64,000 nucleotides of DNA from NCBI RefSeq assembly GCF_009914755.1, contig NC_060933.1; one strand, given 5' to 3'. The position numbers were made by a program, and so were the translations under genes. Source of the DNA: the human T2T-CHM13v2.0 reference genome, Homo sapiens. This document shows, piece by piece, positions 56,206 through 64,000 of this stretch. The notes under the pieces are model-generated. The model worked only from the letters and a program-made list of their open reading frames with translations, did no database searches and was not told the origin of the DNA. Each line of letters starts with the position of its first letter. The first letter of the stretch is position 1.

Positions 56206-57085
56206 TTATAGACAAAATATAAAATTCTAAGCCCTCCAACCAACTGAATGGACCCATCCTGTAGGCCAACGGGATTGCAAAGAAACCTGAAAAACTAGTT
56301 CAGACAGTGATGGGAAGAAAGGGCCCTGGGACATGCCTCTTTTAGCTTTGGAATTCAGGCACAAGTGACCAGCATTAACATTAAACAGACCTCTGAACAC
56401 TGATAAAACACTGTAGCAATAAGATACTAAATTACAACCTGACTCTAGTATACCATCACATGACAGATAGCAGGCCTTGGAATAAATGAAGATATTTTAC
56501 ACCAAAATATGTTTCTTTAACACATTTTGAAATGGCCCTGCAAAGGACCATTTGAGTTTTCCTGCCTTTCTGTCTCTTGGGAAAATTTATATTCTGCAGA
56601 GGATCCCCTTGCTTCTCCAGGTCTTTTTCTGAACCTGAAGATATTAACTGAGAGTCCAGCACCTTTTAAATGTCTGAAGAGGAAACATGTGCATCTATTG
56701 CCTCCTAGGGCAGCCACTTTTGAGACTTCATCTACATAAGCACCTTAGTCTTTACAACCACATTTCTTAACCCAAATTCCTTTCTATTGATTCCATGTTT
56801 AGATAACTAAACTTTTTCAACCAATTGCCAATCAGAAAATGTTTGAATCCCGTTCTGACCTGTAAATCCCCATATTGAGTTGTCCTGCCTTTCCGGACAG
56901 AACCAATGTATAGCTCATACATATTGATTGATGTCTTATGTCTCCCTAAAATTTATAAAATCAAGCTGTTACCCAACATCTTGGCTCTCCTGAGGCTATG
57001 CCACGGGTCGTGGTCTTCACATTTGGCTCAGAATAAATCTTTTCAAATATTTTACAGAGTTAGGATTTTTTTTTTTTTTTTGTCC
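56206..57085 (+). mobile_element. MER4D-like ERV1 LTR
   Basis: AAAATTCTAAGCCCTCCAACCAACTGAATGGACCC...CATCACATGACAGATAGCAGGCC...TTTGGCTCAGAATAAATCTTTTCAAATATTTTACAGAGTT. Confidence 0.88.
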
Positions 57086-57534
57086 TGTGAAAGGGAAATA
57101 TCTTGGGCCCCCCAAATCACTAAGCTAAAGGGAAAAGGCAACCTGGCAACTCCTTAGGACAAACCTGCTTCCTATTCTATTCAAAGTCACCCCTCTACTC
57201 ACCAAAATAAATACATGTCTGATCGCCTCATTTGGGAAGGCTAATCAGAAACTCCAAAGAATGCAGCCATCTGTCTCTAACCAACTTGTGACCTAAAAGC
57301 TCCTTCCCCGTTTTGAGTTGTCCCACCTTTTGGGACTGAACCAATGTTCATATTACATATATTGATTTATGTCTTATGTCTCCATAAAATGTATAAATCC
57401 AAGCTGTGCTCTGACCACCTTGGGCACATGTCATCAGGATCTCTTGAGGATGTGTCATGGGTGTGCATCCTCAACCTTGGCAAAATAAACTTTCTAAATT
57501 AACTATGACCTGTCTCAGATTTTCAGGGTTCACA
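57086..57534 (+). mobile_element. MER4A(1)-like 5' LTR
   Basis: TGTGAAAGGGAAATATCTTGGGCCCCCCAAATCACTAAGCTAAAGGGAAAA...AAAATAAACTTTCTAAATTAAC...GGGTTCACA; TG...CA ends. Confidence 0.9.
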
Positions 57535-57536
57535 TT

Positions 57537-57554
57537 TGGTAACCACAAAGAGAT
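57537..57554 (+). promoter_or_regulatory. Primer-binding site, tRNA-Arg(TCG)-like
   Basis: TGGTAACCACAAAGAGAT lies 2 nt after the LTR and matches 16/18 of the complement of the recalled tRNA-Arg-TCG 3' end (...ATCCCTTCGTGGTTACCA). Confidence 0.7.
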
Positions 57555-58185
57555 TCTGAGTGGAGATGCTCCTGATCTTTGGCAAATCTCCTATTGGTGC
57601 TTGCTACCAGCATGAGCTAACTTTATAGCTCAACCAAATAGGACAATTTGCTGAGGTCTGAGAACACCTCCTGCAGAGAATCCCTGATTTTCCAAAATTG
57701 GGTTGAGATCTAAAGTTTATTTTGCTGTACAATTCCTCTTCTTTTTGGAGTTTTACTTGCTTCTAAAACAAGAAAGGCAAGTTTTTCCTGCTTTCATGAT
57801 GATGGAAGGCAGGTAACTCCTTTACGGAGTTTGAGCTCACAACCAACAGGAAGATGAGGTTTTTTTGTTTTTGTTTTGTTTTGTTTTGTTTTCCTGCTTC
57901 TAGGAATGTGGAGAGAAGTCTTCAGCCTGAGACCCAACCTTAGGTAAATAAGTGAATTGGGGTTTGTCTTGGCTAAAGTTAAGGTTAACAACTAGCTGGT
58001 CTTAATTTCTCCTTGCCATTAGAGCGCTCAGGGGTCATATTGTTAGTTTGTTGTTGTTGTTGTTTGCACTGGTCTTTCCCCCATTGGATTTTACCAACTC
58101 TAGCTGACTTGGTCAAATCAAAGTGAATATTCCAAATTATGAGTAAAAAGGACTTTCTAATTTGGCTAAGATTCCTCACAGCCAT

Positions 58186-58226
58186 AAAAATAAAATAAAA
58201 TAAAATAAAATAAAATAAAATAAAAA
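58186..58226. repeat. (AAAAT)n microsatellite
   Basis: Seen directly. Confidence 0.92.
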
Positions 58227-61200
58227 TGCAGAAAACAAACAAAAACTATGTGTTTGGTTTCTGTGTTTGCTTCCTGTCTTAAAAAAATTATTTCATTTCA
58301 TTTTCTTCCACCTTTCTTCCCCCTTTGCCATCTGCAGTGCCAAAAAATCTAGAGGAGCTTCTAATGACTTGAACCCCTTTAAGTAATTCAGAACAAAGGC
58401 TCTACTCACCCGCTTTTGGAGTGTTCTGTTTTCTTTGTGGAATTTCCAGAGTCATGGGCAGTTTCGTTGTATGACCTGACTTTTTGGCTTTGGGGTACCA
58501 GGGATGACTTTGCTCTGTGAGATGATTTGACCTTGGCATGTATAATGGCAGATGAGAGCTACAAAGTTACAAGTAGTGGAGCAGTTTACAGAAAGTAGTC
58601 TTGTCTGCTTTTTCTTTTCTTTTTTTTTTTTTTTTTCTCCTAGGAAGTTGTTGTTTAAGAATCCTAATTCTAGTTCACAGATGCATTCTAAAGGGTATTC
58701 TCTATTGCTTTTCCTCCCAAAATTAATCTTAATTTGGTTTTTCTGTGCACATTTGCATGAGGAAGAGAACTGTTGTTTTCATAGGTTAATGAGATACTGA
58801 GTTTTCTCAGCTTTTGAGGGAATTTGCTCCTTCCAGCTGAAAGCTGTCTCTTGGTTTTGGGAGCCTTATGGAAGTGTCTGGGAAGCTGACCCCCAGTGAT
58901 GTGCAGTAGCTCTGTAGGGAAATCCCCAACAAAAAATAATTTTAAAAATGGCTCATCCAGAAAATAGATATAATGGCTGATTACATGATGTTTGAACCCT
59001 CTCAGAGGTCACAGACCTCTGGAGAGAGAAACTGAGACATGTAAGAGGGTGGAAACGACTCCGGGGTGATGCATTATGGAGTCTTTCCCACAGGCAGCAC
59101 ATAAAGATCCACCCCACAAAAACCCTAGGCCACAGCTCAGTTCCTCCTTTTAAGGAAAAAAATGAGGAGGTGGGGAGGCAAGTAATCTAAGAATGAGGAG
59201 AAAACAAGAAGAATGCCCCCCTTTTGAGCACTCTGTAGGTTTTATGGCACCACTACTTGCCAGAATACAATGAAACTAATACAGTCTTTGTGCACATTTA
59301 CATTAAGGAAAAGGAGCCCTAAGGTTGACCTGCAAACTATAGCATTCCTAGGTCCACTTTTCCTCTATTTTATTTTCTGCCTGCTTTAAATCTGCCGTTC
59401 CTTTTCTACTGAGATAAAAACCACTGTTTGGGCCTAACAGGTTTTTTGTTGGTTTATTTTTTTGTTTGTTTTTTGCAAGGCAGCAAATTTGTATTTATCT
59501 TATGGATAAAGTACTGAAGTAGAAGCTATAGAACATTGTGTGCATGTGTGTATGTTACACGCTTATGTATATATTTGAAGACCTTTATAATACACTTCTA
59601 TAATTTTATGTTCAATTGGCAATAAAATCAGTTTTAATTTCCCTCTAGCTTGCCATACTTTCTCTTTGTACCTTATGATGTATATTTTGCTGATTTTCAC
59701 TTGAGTTGTTTCCTTTAATATGCAGACTTAGGGCTAGTTAGCTGACAACTGCCATGGTAATAAAACAGGTTATCAAGAGTTTGCAAGTCTAAAATAGGAA
59801 AAAAAAAGTCTTAGGAATCTATAAGATGTAATTCTATTGGCATGCCGAATATGTCTATGTATTTATGTGTTGTATACAAAAGGTTTCACTACTGAACATA
59901 TATAAAGAACTCTAATTAATTGTCTTAAGAAAACAAAACTGCTGGAATCAAATACTTTAACAAGAAAAAATAAAAGACTAGTCAAATGCTTTTTCAACTT
60001 TATTTAACTTAAGTAAAATCTATAATAAATTAGCTAGCTTTAAAATTATTGGTAATGTAATATTAGAAATGTCTTAAGAATTGTCAGGAAGCATTTTTGT
60101 TTCCATTTATTAATCAAGCAATTTTATACTTATTCCTGCCAAATTCTATTAGGTGTCAAAATTTGAAATAAGGGTTACAAAACTATAAACCCAGCCCAAA
60201 CAAAATGATTTTTTCTTATGTAATTTTAAATAAATAAGACATTGACATTGATTTAATGAAAATAGCCACATGTTGAATTTAGTAAGATTATCATAACTTC
60301 TATACCTGTGGCTTTAGGCAGTCTAGTCCACAGGCAGTAAGAAGGTTTGTTTGGGGAAAGAACTGTCATTGTCTTTGTTTCAAAACTAAACTATAAGCTA
60401 AGTTCCTCCCAAAGTTAGTTCAGCCTACACCCAGGAGTGAACAAGGACAGCTTGGAGGTTAAAAGCAAGATGCAGTCAGTTAGGTCAAATCTTTTTCACT
60501 GTCTCCATTATCATATTGCAGTGGTGGTTCTACAACTTTAAATGATGACTATTTCAGTTTTCATAAATAACTTAGGTAAAGAATTAAACTAAAATAATTA
60601 GGTAAATGTAATGGAATAAACACTCATAGACAAACATAATTTAGAATATAAATGTATATTAAATTAAATAGTAGATATATCATTATTTGGTTATTTCTCA
60701 ATAAAAATATATTGTATGAAAACATTCTTGCTAAAAATAATTGCCTTTTTTTAAAAAAGTAAACAAGTTTAACCTAATTCAAAGCTTATTTAAAGCTGAT
60801 GTATAAAACAAGGTAAAAGAACCAGGAAATAAGAGAGACATAAAGAAAATTATAAAAATAAAGAGTTTTTTGTGGTGAAAAAGTTTAAAGAGAGATAATT
60901 TTATATGAAAAATAATCTAGCACGGTAAATTTAGTCCTAAATTAAAATAACTGATTGTTTAAGGAAGAAGGATGTGGAGGACAAATCAGAAAGCCCAAGC
61001 ATGTCATGAATAGTCTATGTAAGGCATAATAAGGGGATTTATTTAAAAAAAAAAAACGAACCTTCTTATATGATCAAATTGTTTATAATTAAAGGGAAAT
61101 TATAAACACATATACTAAATTGTTGGTTAATACAAGGAAATTTTCTTAAGTGGTTGATTTAATAAATTATAAGAGATCTTAATTTTTTAACACAAATTTC

Positions 61201-63974
61201 AACTTTTACTGCATCTCACTCTTTTTCAACTTTCTCTCCCCTTTTAAAAGCCATGTTTTCTTAAAGATCTAAAGGAAATGTTTTCTTCTAACATAATATT
61301 CTGTGCACTGCAGAAGGCCTTTTCTTTTGCCTTTTGGTAACTGTCCTAACAGATTTTATGTTTTATCAAAATAATTCCTAAACTATTACTATTAAGTTTT
61401 GTTTTCTTAGTAAAAAATGAGATTTAATTTTTTAAATTAAGGTTATTACATCCGTGTGTCTTGAAGTATGTGCCTTTAAAGTTTTGTGGCATTGAGTTAC
61501 AAGGCTCTGATTCCTGGGTCTAAAAAGGACACCAAGTCCTGCTAAATCTTAAACACTGACAGCAATTAAGGCCTCATCTTCAGGCCCTGTAAAAGATGCC
61601 AATTAAAATAAACTGCATTCCTGAGACACAGGGCCAGAAATTAAAGCCAGTCAACTCCTCAAGGCCCAAGGACTATTGTGGAAGAGGTGGGTGCATGAGA
61701 CTGTAAGGGCCAATTTTGAAAGAAAAAATAAGTTCAGTTTCTCTATAAATTAAGTATTAATGTTGAAGCCACCCTGAAGAAAGACCAGCATATGGGCCCA
61801 TGTATCAGATTAACAAGGTTTTTTGGAAGCATTAATTGACTCCTTAACAAGGGATATAAAGATTATAAAAGGCTTATGGAAGTTATATCTTGTGGTACAA
61901 TTACAATTTGATAGATAGTTTATAAAATTCTGAAACACAAATTTAATTGGCTTTATGCTGTTTTTATTAAGGCTTATTGTTTGTAAAATTATGTCTCCTC
62001 TCTCAAAGAATGAAGGATTTTGCCTTTTTTTTTGAAATCCTTGAGTTATCACTTTGGTTAAATGAATGACTAATTTTATAATGATCTGTGATTCTGTTTT
62101 GTGTTATCAAGTGTTTTAAACCTTTGCTATTTGACAAATGTTTAAAACTAAATTAAAAATTATGTATTTTTCTGACCTAATTAAATTGTTAAGATATTAG
62201 ATTCACTAAAGTCCAAAAATGACATAATTTTACATGAAGGATTGTCAAATATGAAATGATGTTCGGTTTTCTTTGGGCTGTATTTTTATAAATATATTAT
62301 TAGTATGTGTTCCAAAATTATGGGAAGCTCCTATAATTCTGATATGACTTAGTGGACTTAGTGTACATTATCAATAATAATCATAATTCTTATGTTAAAA
62401 TTATTGTGTGCCACAGAGGTAACAAATTTCCTTGTCAATTGTGCCTTTGACTATGGCTTCTCTAAAACTTATTGTCAACCACAGACAACTGTTGTGTTGT
62501 CTTGGTCCTCTTTAGAAGGTGGTTTTATAATCAGCTATAAAACTCTAATGGATGCTCTTGAACGTAGGTTTCTGAAAAATGTGGAGATTGTCACATCAAA
62601 ATAGAGGAAAAACTTTCAGGACTCAGGGAGAGCTAAAATGTTCATGAATATCAAGCAGAACAGGAATTAATTGCATGGACTGAAATAATCTTTTTAAGTT
62701 TTTGCTTGAAACATTGCTTATCTTTTGTTTTTCTGTCTTTAAACTTTTCTTTTTAGATACTGACAGCTTTTAACAATTTTTAGTATACTCTTATGAACAA
62801 AATTTGGAGTGTATTTTTTCTCTCTACCTGATTTCTCCAGAATTTGGAAACTATTTGTGAGTATTGTTAACTTACGGCAATACAGTTATTTGCATAAGTG
62901 CAATAAGAATCTGTTTTCATTTGTAACAAAACACAATTGGAGAAACTGGTTATTTTACCAAGGCTTTGACTGGAATGGTGTGCTTTCCTTTAAGGAATCA
63001 AACTTAATTTATGGAGTCAATAAAAGCTTTTGGGAAAACTGGCCTCATCATTTACACAGTCCCTGTACAGGGTATTTGACCTGTGGTAAATAAAAAATGT
63101 CACTTTCTGACAGGTCCAGGAGACTCAGGTTTGTCTTGGAACCTCAAGAGGAGAAAAAATTTACCTAACTCATATATAGTTAGTGACAGAAATCCATGGC
63201 TGAGTTTGGCATTAAAAATAGTCTTATCTGAGATTTCTTCTATGGCACAAAGTTTCATCAAAGCCAATTTTATAAAGCTGATGTGAAAAATAATTATTCT
63301 TGCTGTACTTTATACAAAAAATCTGGCCAAGTTTAATAAAGAAAATTGGTCCTACCATGATTTGTCTTTAGTAAAAATGGGAAACTGGAGAGATTAAAAT
63401 TATGTTTCCAAAACTATAGTACACCTGTTGTTAGATTCTAGTCTTGCTTAATGTTTTGAATTTTTTATATAGTTTGGACTGAATTCTATTTTGTTCTTGC
63501 TTTAAGTTTCCAAAATAATATTTTCTTTTTTTCTGCTTTATTTTCTTTTTCTACCACTTTCTCCTAAGTTGAAATCACTGAAAAATAAGCTGTGCTTTCA
63601 TAAAGCCTATGAACTGAATCTAGACAACTTAAACTTCAGAAGAAAAAAACAGCAATGTATTCACATACATAAGACACTTTCATACCTGCCTACTAATGTA
63701 TGGACTTCAGAGTAATGTGGCCTACGTTAATTTTCCAGGATTTTTCTTTTTTTGTTGTTATTGTTCTTCTCCCTTCCTCCCCCTATTTTCTCTTCAGAGG
63801 ACATGAGACTTCACAAGCTGCTAAAAATGAGCTTTCCTAATAACTCGAGATCTACCTGTCTAGGAGTAAACCATCCTAGCCATGAGAGATTAGATGAAAC
63901 CTGGGACCAAAGACTCATTTTTTTCTTTTCTAAAATGCTTTCTCCAAAAGATTTTTTTTAAAAACGGGGGTAAA

Positions 63975-64000
63975 TGTGAAAGAAAATATCTTGTTGCCCC
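63975..64000 (+). mobile_element. Start of the MER4A 3' LTR (cut by the window edge)
   Basis: TGTGAAAGAAAATATCTTGTTGCCCC repeats the 5' LTR start at 57086 and follows the PPT. Confidence 0.88.

Larger units (their letters stand above)
57535..63974 (+). mobile_element. MER4-int non-autonomous ERV1 internal region (about 6.4 kb)
   Basis: Bounded by the PBS and a decayed PPT (AAAAACGGGGGTAAA, 63960-63974); AT-rich, with no gag/pol/env ORFs in the track. Confidence 0.85.

Noticed and set aside
57535-63974. gag/pol/env remnants in the ERV internal region
   Set aside because: No retroviral protein motifs in the ORF track; MER4-int is known to be largely non-coding.

Overview
AT-rich primate DNA, most likely human because it contains an AluYa5 with all five diagnostic bases. 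I can support no host protein-coding gene, RNA gene or CRISPR array. Transposable-element relics make up most of the window: three near-full-length dead L1s (L1PA15/16-like 5455-12105 -, L1PB1-like 23252-29940 +, L1PB3/4-like 48543-54283 -), older L1M, L2 and MIR fragments, seven Alus or Alu remnants, MER5 and MER1B DNA transposons, and several LTR elements. The LTR elements are an MLT1H-like provirus split over about 10 kb by nested insertions, a THE1D-like provirus, MER74/MER21/MER34-group LTRs, and a MER4D LTR carrying a MER4A/MER4-int provirus that runs off the right edge. The recognisable ORFs in the track are L1 ORF1/ORF2 remnants, antisense frames or Alu translations, and the rest look like chance frames. 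I found no credible new biological system. The best observations are structural scars visible in the sequence: several template-switch products, a twin-primed L1, a tail-less L1 RT fragment fused to an older L1, and a repeat-poor island at about 33.5-36.9 kb that may be regulatory. Subfamily names come from recalled consensus sequences, not a RepeatMasker run, and boundaries without a TSD are approximate.
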